Source: Zootoca vivipara
Lineage: Eukaryota
Assembly (NCBI RefSeq): GCF_963506605.1
Contig: NC_083279.1
Coordinates: 71,486,001-71,550,000 of the forward strand
Reading direction: 5' to 3'
DNA length: 64,000 bases
Every line of letters begins with the position of its first letter. The stretch's first letter is position 1. This document shows positions 45,582 through 61,722 of the stretch, one piece after another. The position numbers and the translations under genes are program-made. The notes under the pieces were generated by a model that had not been told where the DNA came from, ran no database searches, and saw nothing but the letters and a program-made list of their open reading frames with translations.

Positions 45582-48500
45582 TACTGCCTTAAGTTTCATG
45601 ATGGAAGAAAAGTGTGAGGTAAAAATCCACACCAGAGATTTAAAGTAGTTTAACCATCGACTCTTCTTCCCAGGGCACTCTGGGAATTATTGTTCTGTGA
45701 GAATGATAGGAGGGGTCTCGTAATGATTCTCAGCACCCTTGACATATTACAGCTCCCAGGATTCTTAGGGGGGAAACCCTGACAGCTAAGGTGGTATAAA
45801 AGGACTTTACATGTATAGTGAGGATAAGCCCCCATGCAACACATACCTGGGCTCTTGATTTAAAAATAAATAAATAAATATTGCTTTTGAATAATGAATA
45901 ACTGTGAGAACAAACCTATCGTGCAATGAGCGTTTCCTTAACAGGTAGAGAGATGAGTCAGTTTCTACAGAGATGTTAGAGACAGCTCACTGCTTAGTAG
46001 CAACTGACTCAAATCAAGCAAACATTTTCCCACTACCCTTACAAACGTGCTGAAAACTCAGTATAAGTCAGTATACAGCAGCTTGGGGAAGCCCAAAAGA
46101 GTTTCACTGACTTTTTAACCCCACACTTTCATCCACATAAAAATGTGTAAGGCATTCCCACTGCATAGAGCAGTAATTTATTTTCGCATTACCATATGAA
46201 AGGTCCGCTCAGACTGTGCAGAATAAGAATAGCTAAGGAGATGAAGACTGAACACTTACCCCTCAGGTAGTAGTTCCTGGAGGTAGGTAATTTCACTGGG
46301 ATGGGGAGCTCTTTAGAAGTTAATGTGTGTCTATGGGGGGGCTCCTGGTCATTCTGTTATGTGGGGGGCCCTGTCCTTCTGGAAAAAAAGAATGTTGATG
46401 ACAACTAAATGGGGTGGTATATTAGAGGTTTATAAAATGAACCCCACCACCCCATCCCACAAACAGCTCATTGGCTCAGTGTGCTCAGTGGCCATAGAAT
46501 GTTGACTGTAGAAAAGGACCAAGTTCTACTTGTTTGTGTTATTGGTCCTCCCCACAATTATCAACAGAAACAAATCAGCTTGCCTAGCACAGTGCCACAC
46601 TGATCAAGTTTCATTTCTGACTTAAAACAACAACAACAAAAAGCTATTTAGTTTCACAGCTTGGTTTACTTTATCTCAACCTATGCCACATAATCTGTAA
46701 TCTTAAGTCATTAACACAAATAAGCATTATTTCCTGCCTGGTGAAAAATAGTTGCCTAGTTTGGGGGGGGGGAGTCTTACTTTTGCACAAGTAGAATGTA
46801 GCCTATACAAAGGTAAACGGCACTCAATCATTGCACCACTCGCTTTTGCCGCTACCTCTGACAACCAGTGGCATCATCCCCACCTCAAGGTTGCCCATAA
46901 TGGGATGCAGGTATCAAATTGTTTGCACTAAAGCTTGCTAGGAACAAGTATAATTGCTCATACTAAAACCAGGTGTGATCCAGATCTGTCTCCATTAAGT
47001 GAAATTCATGAGTTCCTTCATAGGTGGAAAACAGAAATAAAGGGAAATTGGGTACTCCTTACATTAACAGAGGTAGAAATTAATTTGAGGTGGTGTGCTA
47101 GGTAAGAAATCAGTAGAAGCCAAATTCGTTAGCAGTTGGAGGCACTGGTCTCACTGAAAAAAGTCTAATCTTTGGGTGGTATGCTGTCGTCTTCCGGCTT
47201 GTGGAGGTTTGAACCTCTATTTCTCAGTTCCAAATACAGCATTCTGTCTCCTACACAACATTGGCAAGGTCTAGTAAATCTGTGTTAAAAATTATGAGCT
47301 GGAACTCTGTATTCTGAACCACATATGCAGCAAGTTGAAGATCCAGAATGTCTTAAAGGGGGGTAAATAACGCCATTTGAAGTAGGTGTGAGTGTGTGTT
47401 AAAATAGAAATGATATTTTTATTTAGTTGAACTTGGATTATTTTTCATCATGATCATAATCATATTTTTTATAAATCTTCTACCCAGTAAATGCAGCGTT
47501 TCAGTTATATTTTATTTCAAGAGAAGAAAAGTAAATTCACAGTGATCAAATGAAATCAACATACACCCTTTTTTAGGTCATATACTTAATTGTTTATTCT
47601 TCTTAGTGTAAATAACAATACCAGTTTTTTTTAAAAAAAACAACACTTTTTAAATTTACATTTGCAAAAAAAATCACACTGATTTCCAAAGCTAATGTAC
47701 AAATTTCTAAAACATGTTCACACTTCCTAAAGTTTTAGAAATTAAAACTGCTGTTAAAGGGAGGCAGTGTTCAGACTCTGAGAGGCAGATAAATTAAACA
47801 GTGTAGTTCTTGGAATGAAAAAACATTAAAGAAACTCAATACTTAAAATTAGTGGTGAGCATAGGCGTCTTTTATTCTAGAAATCAGTTATCCTCAATCA
47901 TGAGTCATGCATGAGATCAAGAGAAATATCTGAATAATATCTGTGCTGAATAATTTTTATTTTTCCTGTGAAATTTTAACTGAATTTCCAATACTTTCTG
48001 CACCATTTTATACAAATGAGAATGAGATTTACAAAAGAAAAAACTATTTTATGTATATATTTATTTAAAAATCCTTTCAAAACCCTCTCTAAAATTATTA
48101 TGACAACATTATTTAAGGTTGTCGTCCTATGTACTCTTCTCACAGCACAATGCAACTTACATTTTCAAGTATACATAGGATTGTGTTAAACTAAAATAGT
48201 TTTTACATGTAATAGTGCAGACACTGAGAGTTGAAAATGGAGATAAACAAAAAAGTAGATTTTAAAAGAATCCTGAACAATTCAGTATTATAGCATTTAA
48301 CAAGAAAAGATGCAGAATATAACAAAAAAAATGCATTCTAAACTAATTTTTTTATGTTAATAAGATTTTATAAAAGAGGCAGGTATGAACTGGTTTGGTT
48401 GCTCTGAGTTTGTAATATTATACTTCTTATGGAACAGCAGAATATTGACCTAAGGTTTTCCATGGTTCGTTTCTTATTGGTTGGTAAGCCTCTTGGTGTA

Positions 48501-48745
48501 ATTGCCTAATAACTTTCAAGAATCTATAGCTAATATTACAGACTATATTCCAAATGAACTTTGTAATTACATAGTTTAAGATAAGAAACATGCCATTTTA
48601 TGAAATACAATTTACTGTCATATTACAGTCAATTAACTTTTTAGATTTATTCTAATCTTTTCATTTTCTTACATTTCCATGACCTCCTTTTCTTGATCTT
48701 ACTCTTGACATGGAGACACTGGAACTTTCAGAATTATGACTCTTG

Positions 48746-49828
48746 TCAGAATGATACTGACCTCCTTCTCTTCCTAGAAACATCTTCCCGGTGGGCAAAT
48801 GCAGTCAAGGAGTAGCTAAGGCGAGTGTCTGAGCTTTCAGAACTGGTTCCAAAGTTGTTGGCCTTTGTGCACGGAGTTATACATTGCATCATTGCCCTAC
48901 GGATGTAGTCATCAAAGAAGTAGTAGATGAAAGGGTTCGTGCAGCTGTTGGCAAACGCAAATGGGCCACTCAGTTCCATACCAATATGGGCAACTTTGTA
49001 GGGAAGGCAGAAAGGTGGCTTCAGTTCCTGGATTGCAGACATCAGAGCTAGAAACTTAAAAATATTGAAAGGAGCCCATGAGAAAACAAAAATGATCACT
49101 ACAGTGAAGACAATTTTGATGGATTTCTTTAGCTTTTTATCATGTTTTCCAGATTTCTGATAATGCACACAGAGTTTCTTGGTGATGGAGCAATAAAAAG
49201 TCAAGATGATGAACAGAGGAACAAAGAATGCCAGAATTAGTAGCAGCACCGACCCAATCTGGTGAGTAGATGTGATTTCCTTGTCCACACAATATGTGCT
49301 GTTGTCGTATCTCCTCAGCTCTCTGGACAGAAGGGTAGGCAACCCAAGTAGGCAGGACAGAATCCAGACACAAGTGCAAAGGATGATGGAATACAGCTTT
49401 GTTCTGATTCTCCTAGCCACTGATGGGTACATGATTGCCAGGTACCGATCGCTACTCATGCAAGTGAGGAGAAAGATAGTGCAGTACATGTTGACTGAGA
49501 TGGTGTAGGAGCTGCCTTTGCAGAGAAAAGAGCCAGATCTCCAAAGTCCTGAGGTCCTCTCTTTGTCTACCCAAAAGGGTAATGTGATAAGGAATATAAA
49601 ATCAGACACTGCCAAGTTGACAATGAAGATATCAATTAGCCTCTGAATCCGCCGTTTGAAGATTAGCGCTCCTATTAGAAGGGCATTGCCAGCAATTCCC
49701 ACCAGGAATACAATGGTATAGAGAGCAGGCAGGAAAATGTGTTTGTAAGGCAACTCCACAGCTGAGCAGTTATCTTCAGGAAGATCTGTATAGAAATAGT
49801 AATCATAGCTAGAAGTTGATTTCTCCAT
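48746..49828 (-). CDS. GPR15: G protein-coupled receptor 15 (class A, chemokine-receptor-like), single coding exon, 360 aa
   Basis: 7 TM helices, DRY, NPFIY, Tyr-rich N-terminus (YDYYFY), RRLIDIFI-like ICL1, KHDKKLKKSIKI ICL3, C-terminal RRRSVSF; divergent neighbour of CLDND1 as in mammals. Confidence 0.96.
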   Translation of the reverse strand: MEKSTSSYDYYFYTDLPEDNCSAVELPYKHIFLPALYTIVFLVGIAGNALLIGALIFKRRIQRLIDIFIVNLAVSDFIFLITLPFWVDKERTSGLWRSGSFLCKGSSYTISVNMYCTIFLLTCMSSDRYLAIMYPSVARRIRTKLYSIILCTCVWILSCLLGLPTLLSRELRRYDNSTYCVDKEITSTHQIGSVLLLILAFFVPLFIILTFYCSITKKLCVHYQKSGKHDKKLKKSIKIVFTVVIIFVFSWAPFNIFKFLALMSAIQELKPPFCLPYKVAHIGMELSGPFAFANSCTNPFIYYFFDDYIRRAMMQCITPCTKANNFGTSSESSDTRLSYSLTAFAHREDVSRKRRRSVSF

Positions 49829-50569
49829 CTCAAAAATGATTTGTGTGAAGAAGCTGTCAGCACTTTTATGTTCGTATTGGCACTACAGATGATAGTTCTC
49901 TTCTTTTTTCCTTTCAGTTTCTTCCAGATGGTAAGAAAAATCTGATGTACAACATATCAATCTCTGACTAGGCATTTAAATGTCTAGCACAGAATGGGAG
50001 GGACTGGTTTGATTTGACCAACCAGCATGCTTATACAGGCAGCTTTGACCATAAAATATGGTAGGGTGGGTTTCCTTGAAATTTTGGGAAGTGGGGAGGG
50101 GAGAGGTTTAAGTTTCTTTGTAAATACAATTTATTAGTTGAGGTTTTTGAGGTTATAGATGGTTAGCAGAAGTAAGAAAGTGGTGAATTCAGTTCGTCAG
50201 GGTGGGTTGTTATTTAAATAACCGTTAGCTTGTCTAATCTGTGTTTCTAAACTTGGGAGGGTTCCATTCCCGCAAGCTTTACCAATTGACATGTTGCTGT
50301 TATTTGTAGAATGAGTGTCCAACACCTTCTCAATTCTGGCAGCAGCAAAATCTTGCATACAAAGATGTGTTTTTAAACTTCTACCTGACCTTTAATGTCA
50401 AATTTTATTCTACATTGCTCTTAAAAACGGTATCTTGCTTCTATATCTTTTCTGAAGTGTTCTGAATACTCTTTTATTCACTTCAAGTTTTGGTCCACCC
50501 TGATAGTGGCAGCACCAGAAAAAAAATATATATGAGGGTTACAGAAGAAGGAAAATGAATTCCTGGGAT

Positions 50570-50680
50570 GGTAGATGAGTCTGACCAAACTGCAGGAGGC
50601 AGTGGAAGACAGGAGTGCCTGGCGTGCTCTGGTCCATGGGGTCACGAAGAGTCGGACATGACTAAACGACTAAACAACAA
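50570..50680 (+). mobile_element. BovB extreme 3' fragment
   Basis: GTCCATGGGGTCACGAAGAGTCGGACA..ACTAAACAACAA. Confidence 0.85.
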
Positions 50681-50903
50681 AAAGAGCTTTGCCCCACATA
50701 TTAAGACTTCTCATTGAGAAACAGAAGTATATTTTGCATTCATGCTATAATCATAAACAGATTTTATTCGAAAAAGTCCTATTCATTTTTATGGGTTCAG
50801 CTTTTACAAAAGGATGCTTAGGATTGCAACCTTGTTTAAAACTCTGTTTAATTTGTATGTGAACTGTCTTTTCTTTGAGTAATTATAGAAGGAGAGACTA
50901 TGG

Positions 50904-51297
50904 CAGTGGTTCTCAAAGGGTGTGGTGTGCCACAATTGTGGGGCAGAAGAGGATAGCAAATGTGGCAGGAAAATTCAAGGACAATAAAAAAAAATCATTT
51001 AAGCATTTCAGTGTAGCATAGTATCAATTTGGGAGGTGGGCAGGGTATATACAACCAGAAACAATATCCAATGTCTCTCTTCAGGAGCACTGGCTATTCT
51101 TCTACAGTTCTCCATGACATATTGTTGTGAACAGAGATTCTCAATTGTGAGAAATATGAAAGATCAGAAAAGAGAAGCTTTTTTGTCGACAGAGCTATAT
51201 CTAGGCAAGGAAGTGTATCGGCACCTGCTCCCCATTTGCACAAGCAAATTTTTATTGTGAACATGTGGCCCAGAGTAAAAAAACTTGAGAACCACTG
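50904..51297 (+). mobile_element. Old internally deleted hAT/Charlie DNA transposon
   Basis: TIRs CAGTGGTTCTCAA / TTGAGAACCACTG; residual ALAILLQFSMTYCCEQRFS resembles the hAT transposase dimerisation motif. Confidence 0.7.
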
Positions 51298-52599
51298 TGC
51301 TACTTCTCTACAGAGCCATCTATGCCTTTACTTGAACTACGCTTCATAGCAACTGGGGACACATATGTATTGTAATTTGTTACTCCAAGAATGCTACTTT
51401 ATTGAACCTATCTAAGTTCTAGACAGATTCCCAGAAAATTGTAAATAAAATTGTGCCAAGGTAAAACCTGTTATGCCACATCTCCACTTGCATTATCAGG
51501 GAGATGTCATTTCTATTCCTGTCATGCAAGACTAGCTAGATTATGGTAAGCATGTGAGTACTCAGTGAAAGCCCAAAACATCATAAGAAGATAAACCCTA
51601 GCAACCTGGTATAAGTGTCATTTCTCTCTCACACTGAGTTCTCTGAGAGCTGAAGAAAGAACCAGCAATCAGTGGTAGAACACAGCTTTGGTGAGTAATC
51701 CTCTGTGTACAGTATACCGAGGACTCATTGAGCTATGGGCCTTGCTCTTAGGTAGGGATGAATGAATCTGTCCATTTTGGTTTTCGTTTTCTCATTTTTA
51801 CAGCCTTAATTTCAGCTCCCCACATTTTCACACTAGTTTGCAAAAAAGAGAAGTCCATCAGCATTTTAATGTGAATTTATCCAAATACAGTATATGCTTT
51901 TGTAAAATATACTTTGCCCAATATCTCCCCAAAATAATGCATTTTATATATTATATGTGACTTGAATATATTATATTGCCTTATAAACTTGATAGGCACG
52001 AGCTTCAGGGCAGTGGTAAGTAACAACAATTTTAAAGCATTCTATAAACATATTTTATATGTTCTTATTAAGTGCAATAAAGTGACGTCTTTTACACACC
52101 AGTACAGTTGCCACCTTAAAAAAAAACCAACAACCACTGGCAGTTCCTATCCCAGGAATTCAACAGATGAACATGTTTCAAAAGGAATGAGAGATGCTTA
52201 TATTTTGGTGAAACTCCAAAATATCTTACGCCCTTAAGGTTGCAGCCCTTACCTGGGAGTAAGCCCCCTTCGATTTAATTTACGTTACTTCTGAGTAGAT
52301 ACCGTAAGTACAGAAAGGCTAGCACTATAAGGCACTGGAACCATGGCAGGAAGAGGCGCTGCGGCAACTGAAGGCTGAACCGAATTAAGAACTGAAAGCA
52401 GTTTCGTCCATTGAGAAGCACTACAGCCCTTGCATGCATCCAAGAAGGACCCCCGCCCCACCCCCCGCGTGTCACGCCTACAATATGTTCTGCTTCACAC
52501 TGCACACGTTTTTAATTTAGGACAGTTTTAGTTTTGAAGCAAAGAAAGAGAGGAGGGGGTGAAACCCCACCATTCCCACTTCGGCTAACGCGTCAGGCA

Positions 52600-52913
52600 A
52601 CCTCCCCGCATTCCAGCGCCTTTGGTCAGCGAGACTACAATACCCAGGATGCAAATGGAAAGCGCCTCTCCTTCCGATCTCTGGCCAACAACAAAGCGCT
52701 CCCCACCTTGGTTTCATAGCGGAGCGGAGCGCCGCCGCCGATGCGGCCAGAACTGCATTTCCCAGGGTGCCTGGCGGTCGGGGGCGGATGAGCGTCTCCG
52801 AGAGAGGAGGAGGGAGGAGGAGGAGGAGGAGACCCCTCCCCCGTCCCCAGGCTAAGCGTCGGCCGAGGGTGGGTGGTGGAAGCGGCGCCGTGGAGTCGGG
52901 AGGAGGATGGGAG
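52600..52913 (+). promoter_or_regulatory. CLDND1: CLDND1 CpG-island promoter and exon 1, with two ZNF143/THAP11-type motifs
   Basis: CpG-rich 52350-53130; ACTACAATACCCAGGATGC at 52634-52652 and ACTGCATTTCCCAGGGTGC at 52752-52770; donor GAG|GTGAGT after 52913. Confidence 0.75.
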
Positions 52914-53134
52914 GTGAGTATGGACGGGCCCGGCTCCCTTCCCCACCCGGAATTCATGAGTGGGGTAGTACTGGGGTTGCGGGTAGGAGAAGGTGTCCGG
53001 AAATAGTCCATGGAGGTGCGGAAGACCCGTGGCTTATATTTTGATGGGCATTTCCATCTGCCCACCAAGCACACCCTGCCCGCAACGCTGGCAGGTTCAG
53101 CTCTGCAGTTCGACAGCGTCTGCAGGCGCCTGTC

Positions 53135-53135
<1 letters not shown>

Positions 53136-53173
<38 letters not shown>

Positions 53174-53210
53174 TACTACTACTACTACTACGTTACTGCT
53201 GCTGCTGCTG
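53136..53210. repeat. Compound (ATT)n(ACT)n(GCT)n trinucleotide microsatellite in CLDND1 intron 1
   Basis: Direct observation. Confidence 0.95.
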
Positions 53211-54453
53211 ATAGTGATGATAATGTAGTAATAATCACCCCCACCACACACACCCCTAGATCTACACTCCCTGGTATGCGCATCTTGCCTCCAAGGTGCA
53301 GTGCAGTCCCGCTTTACTCACTGGGTCTCACTCCCATTTTAGCGTGCATAAGACTGCAGGTGTGGAGCTACTGTATGTATATAAGATGAGCATTGAGGAG
53401 GGGAGACAGAGAAAGGTGTGTGCCTGCGGGCCTTTTACCCCCTCGCCTCCACCCCGCCCATGGAAAAGGGATTAGGCTTCTGCTTTGGGAAATCTCTCTT
53501 CTTGTCAGCGTATATGTGTCTACCTGGACGAACGTTTCATTTCTCCCGGGTATTGTAGCCTGAAATGATGCTTTCGCTGATGGTCGTGATCCCTCTTGGT
53601 ACTATAATTGAGGGAAAACAACAAAGTTGGATATGAATGGGTTTTGTGTTCCTCCCCACTGACAATCTGTGCCTTCGGATGCTGGTATCTATCAAAGGAA
53701 GTGTTGTTTCCACTACCCTTGTAAAACTCTGGAGCTAACAATGGGATCATCCTAACAGAATTAGCCAGTGGATAGGACCAGTCGCCTGACCCTTTTTTGA
53801 GCCAAAGATGTGGCAAGATAAAAGTGCTATGCTACAAATGGTCTGGTTTCTAATTATTTTCTCATTTTCCTAATATATATATTTTAAATTATTGTTTCCA
53901 TATTTCTTCTTTAATTATACATATTTACTAGTAAGAATTGAGAAAGGTTTTGGTTAAACCTCAGTGAGAGAATGTATACCCTGACATCTTATTTAAATAG
54001 AAAGTGATGATCTTATCCCTGGCAACTCCTAAATTTAAGATAGGCAGACTTCATAAGCCAATCTTGTCTCTTGGTGGACATCTATAGTACATATCCTATG
54101 CTTGTTACATGCTCAGCTTTAGAAATACTACTACTGTCCTAGGTTTGGGTGTTGCCTGCCCAATTTGTTTTGTTTTTCCCCAGTCAAGATTGTTGAGTAG
54201 CTTGTGTTAAAGACAAAACGTGATTGACTTGCACCAGCCTCAATTTGCTTCTTTCTTATCCAAATAAAACAAAAAGCCACCTTTAACAACTTAAGTACCC
54301 TGAGGACACTGTTGTGAAAATAATACTTGTTAAAGCTGCTGAGCTACTCTTCAGTCCTGATTTCTTTAGGAACACCAAAGTATTCATCTTTCAGCAGAGG
54401 AAGTCTCCACACCACAAGATTTTTCTTGGTGAGATAGAAGGAATGTTTCAAAC

Positions 54454-54771
54454 CAGGGGTAAGCAAACTTTTTCAGCAGGGGGCCGGTCCACTGTCCCTC
54501 AGACCTTGTGGGGGGCCGGACTATATTTTGAAAAAAATATCAACGAATTCCTATGCCCCACAAATAACCCAGAGATGCATTTTAAATAAAAAGACACATT
54601 CTACTCATAAAAACACCAGGCAGGCCCCACAAATAACCCAGAGATGCATTTTAAATAAAAGGACACATTCTATTCATGTAAAAACATGCTGATTCCCGGA
54701 CTGTCCGCGGGCCGGATTTAGAAGGCAATTGGGCTGCATCCGGCCCCCGGGCCTTTGTTTGGGAGCCCCTG
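54454..54771. mobile_element. Non-autonomous hAT/Charlie element
   Basis: CAGGGG...CCCCTG termini, TSD TTTCAAAC (54446-54453, 54772-54779), internal duplication of about 50 bp. Confidence 0.85.
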
Positions 54772-55240
54772 TTTCAAACAATCAAAATTCCTTATTTGGC
54801 ATTAAGGTTTATTAAAATGAATAGGGTTTATTTCCAAGTAAACATGTATTGAGTTAGACTGCCAGTTGAAAATATGTTCCATTTATTCTGTTTGTGCACA
54901 TGGGGATATTTTCTGAACATGAATCATGTGGAGGAAGTACTTTGAAAACTTAGGGTACACACACATAGGGCTTTACAGTGGTGAATGTGACCATTTCTGC
55001 CAAAAAACACAAAGCTGTTCTTGTTGGAATACAGTATATGTGTACTGCTGATTCATGTGCCACTTTTCCCACATAATAGGGGCCTGTTTTGAATTGATTA
55101 CAGTTCAAAACAATTCTTTCTACTGTGATTTAATTAAATATGTCCATTTGACTGACATTGGGTGAATGCCAGTTAGTAGTATAATTGCACAACTTTGATT
55201 TTCCTCTATCAGCATAAAATCTTAATGACAATCTCTATCT

Positions 55241-55472
55241 TCAAGAAAGAAGATTCCACCTAAACATTAGGAAGAACTTCCTGACAGTAAGAGCTGTCCG
55301 GCAGTGGAATTTGCTACCAAGGAGTGTGGTGGAGTCTCCTTCTTTGGAGGTCTTTAAGCAGAGGCTTGACAGGCATATGTCAAGAATGCTTTGATGGTGT
55401 TTCCTGCTTGGCAGGGGGTTGGACTGGATGGCCCTTGTGGTCTCTTCCAACTCTATGATTCTATGATTCTAT
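55241..55472 (+). mobile_element. CR1 LINE 3' end
   Basis: Same subfamily as 32085-32624; (CTATGATT)n tail. Confidence 0.9.
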
Positions 55473-56343
55473 CTAGATTGAATAAACTTTCCAATAAACA
55501 GCAGGAATGACTTCAGCCTGGTAGCACAAGTTTGTGGCAATTAAGTTCTATTCATGGTTTTGAGTCTGTGGCTGGTGGTCCTTAGGTATCCCAATATCTT
55601 TGATTTAATCTTTTTAACTTTCTGCCTAAGCCACTGGCGAGCTTGTTTTTTTTGACTCTCTACTTTTTGAGCTCAGAACTCTCTACTTTTTGAGCTACTA
55701 GTTTCATCTAAATGGTAACATTTTTGTTTCTTTTCTTTTCTTCCTGTTAGTGTTTTATCCTTCGGTTTTTACTATCTTCTAAATATAAAGTGCCTTTTGC
55801 AAACCTTATTATTTATGGGTGTTCTAACTTTGACTTCCCATTCTTTCTCCTTTTTTCTGTACACCAACTTCTCCTGTATTAATACGGTAAGCTCTGGCTG
55901 CCTCCAACCTTCATCTGTGTGCTCATATCTTCTTAACCACCTGCTGCTTTGCGCAAATGCTTCTTTCTTGAGCACTCCCTATAATTGTCCTCATAAGCTC
56001 CAGACCATGCTGCAGGCTTTCCCTTGGTTCTCACTCTTACTTTCTTCTAAAGAACACATTGCAAACTAAGATAATCCATAAAATAGCCACACTCCTGAGT
56101 CAGCTTGCTGTCCTGTTTATACTGTGATTAGTAAGTTCTTTGCTACTGGTAATACTGTGGGTGAGTTCAGATGCAGCAAAACCATGGCATTAAGAGAATG
56201 TGTCTCATCAATCCTTGGGACTCTTATGCTCCCTCTTCCAGCGCAATTTCAAGGAGATTGGAAGCGTCTACTTCCGTTTTATTTTAGCTACAGTTTAGCA
56301 AGTAATCCAAACACTAAACTTTATTTCACCTTCACTGTAGTTA

Positions 56344-56593
56344 CAGTCAGACCTTGGTTGTCGAACACCTTGGTACTTGTACGTTTCGGCTCCCGAATGA
56401 TCGAAACCCGGAAATGGGTGTTCCAGTTTCCGAACTTTTTTTGGAAGCCAAACGTCCGGTGCGGCTTCTGCTATTGTTTCCAGCATGCCTGCACAATCAG
56501 AAGCCAACTGGAATCCACGCCTAGGTTTCCAAATGTTTTGGAAGTCGAACGGACTTCCGGAACACATTCTGTTCGAAAAGCAAGGTACGGCTG
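56344..56593. mobile_element. Tigger-like MITE
   Basis: CAGTCAGACCTTGG...CAAGGTACGGCTG termini with TA flanks. Confidence 0.75.
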
Positions 56594-57573
56594 TATTTGG
56601 AACAGGCCAGCTTCATAAACTGTGATTTGAAGTTGCTTTGTTTCTGCAAGCCATAATCAAGACCGGCTACAATTTGCGAAGGGCTGGACAGCACAAGAAG
56701 CTGTGTTTAAACTAAAACTCCTCCTCATGACAAGGCCAAAGGGAGGGGGCTTATGAGTCTGAGGCCCCCTGATGCATTCTCTTAATACAAAAAGTAATGC
56801 TAAAATATGTTTGAATAAGATCTATAAAAACTAAGGAAACAGCTGTGACTGGGGAAATTGCAACACTGACATCTTTGGAAAGAAGTTTAGATACTTGAGA
56901 AAAATGAGAGAATTTAATAGTGTGTGTTTTTACAGAGACACTCCACATTTTTGTGTGTTCTATGTCTGAATGAGCTGTGAGCATAGACGTTACTGGTTCA
57001 AATCTCACCTGCTTAGAAACTCAGTTGGTAGCTTCTGCAAGCCTTTGTTTATTTCCCTCATCTGCAGCTTAGGGAGATAATACTGTCGTAAGGAGGTAAT
57101 GGAATTGTGTTGAGCCTTCTAAAGTACTACACAAATGTTATATTGTATTATTTTGTTGGTTTCCACTTCCATATTTCAATAAATAATTATCATATACTCA
57201 GTTTATCATGGTCACAGCCACCAGCTGGAATGTGACATATTTCATTGTACAATATTTTTAAAGTTGTTATTTTACTATTAAAGTCAGTCTTATGAAGCTT
57301 TACAGGGAAGAACAAAAAATGTAACTGATTACATGTATAGACAAGTCTGCTTGCATCTTCCTCTGTCTTAGGATGGGTGGCATAACTGATGGGTCTGTTT
57401 AGAAGATCACTTGCATTGACTGCTTTTTCTACATGCATGTTCTTCCAAATCTCTTAAGCCCTGCCTCCATTTTCATATATCAAGTTCAAGATGCACAGCA
57501 TAATATTATAGCAATAACAGTTTGCAACTAGAGGTACCTGATTTGAGCTGACAGAATTAATATGCAATAATGT

Positions 57574-57575
<2 letters not shown>

Positions 57576-57608
<33 letters not shown>
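57576..57608. repeat. (GT)n microsatellite
   Basis: Direct observation. Confidence 0.95.
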
Positions 57609-57611
<3 letters not shown>

Positions 57612-58093
57612 ATTTTAATGATTTAAACCACACTCATGAGACTCCAAGGCCACCAGAACGGCTTGGAAAGATCAATGATAAAACAGTCTTTCGGGTTTAT
57701 AATCTGAAACATGACACAAAAGGAAAAAGAATAGAAAGGGAGGAGGAAAAAGCCAGACTCTTCGTTTTTCTTTGTTTGGGGAGTCTGTGGTTTTGGGAGT
57801 CCCTGCATTCTTGTAGCGATGATCTGGAATGTTAATAATTTTGTTTTCTGGTTCAGTCCTTGTTTATGCTCAACCCAGATACAGTTCAATGAGTAGAATT
57901 TTACAGGAGGGGATGTTCTGAAGTTGCTTTAATTGCTAAATGGAACAGATGTTGCAAGTAAGCAAAGAAAGGAACAGCTGGCGTATGCATGTGAAAGAGG
58001 CTGGCTAGAGCCAGAAAAACACGCGTCTTGCTAACTCAGTTAAATCTCATATTTGGAAACTTTCTTCTTTTTATTCTTTTCAATTGCAGTTGA

Positions 58094-60929
<2,836 letters not shown>

Positions 60930-61716
60930 GGGATATTTTCATTGCTTCCCATGTCTGTGTCCCCCCCCCCCCATTTTAATACTTCTTTTTTGCCCCCTTA
61001 CTCCCCTGGCTCTTCCTTTTTATTTTATTTTAATTTTGTTCCACAAAATGCATGAAGTGAAATGGCCTGAGGGTTTTTTAAAATTGAAAGACCTTAGAGG
61101 CCAATTACCAGGAATAGCACTTTCTTGCCAGAGATCTGCAGGGTTTTAACATGTTTCTTATCTGTTAGATTTTTTAAAAAACTATAAATTTTGATGACAT
61201 GTCTTTGTTATTCCCAGCGCAGTACATTTTTTCCACATCTAAACCTGATATTCAAAAACAATTAACAGGGTAGTGTAAGTAGGAGAAGAAAGATTTTAAT
61301 GACACTAATTTTGGCAGTACTGTATGTGTGTTATGACCCACTAGGAAATAAACCAGTGCAACCTCTTTCATAAATGTAGCAATAGAACTTTGTTCTAGAT
61401 TGTGATACAGTCTTTTCCCCTCACTCTTACGCCTACTGCTGTATCCCTTTCAACCTTTTTGGCTTGATTGTTGTAAAAAGGTTGGTAACCATGAACTTTC
61501 CAAATTAAGTGAAAGGATGTCAACATTTGTTTGTTCCATTTCCCCCCCCCTCCTTGTAGTAGCAGCTTCTATTACAAGGTGTACCTTCTAATTTGACTAA
61601 TGTAAGCGTGTATATAAATCTGACTTTTAAAACCCTTTATTTATGCAATGCAATACCTTATTGGATTTTTGTATAAGTATTACTCATGTCGCCTAAACTA
61701 AAACTTTTGTTTAAAA

Positions 61717-61722
61717 AATAAA
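61717..61722 (+). terminator. Candidate CLDND1 polyadenylation signal AATAAA (alternative at 61347-61352)
   Basis: AATAAA at the end of an AT-rich 3' UTR, followed by GT/T-rich sequence. Confidence 0.5.

Noticed and set aside
38500-48700. A further gene (CPOX or a second APOV1 paralogue) between APOV1 and GPR15
   Set aside because: No phase-consistent exon chain or recognisable peptide found by eye; a lncRNA or very short exons cannot be excluded without RNA-seq
52517-53251. 244-aa minus-strand ORF with poly-Ile/Val/Ser runs, and overlapping plus-strand ORFs
   Set aside because: Artefact of a trinucleotide microsatellite plus a stop-poor CpG island
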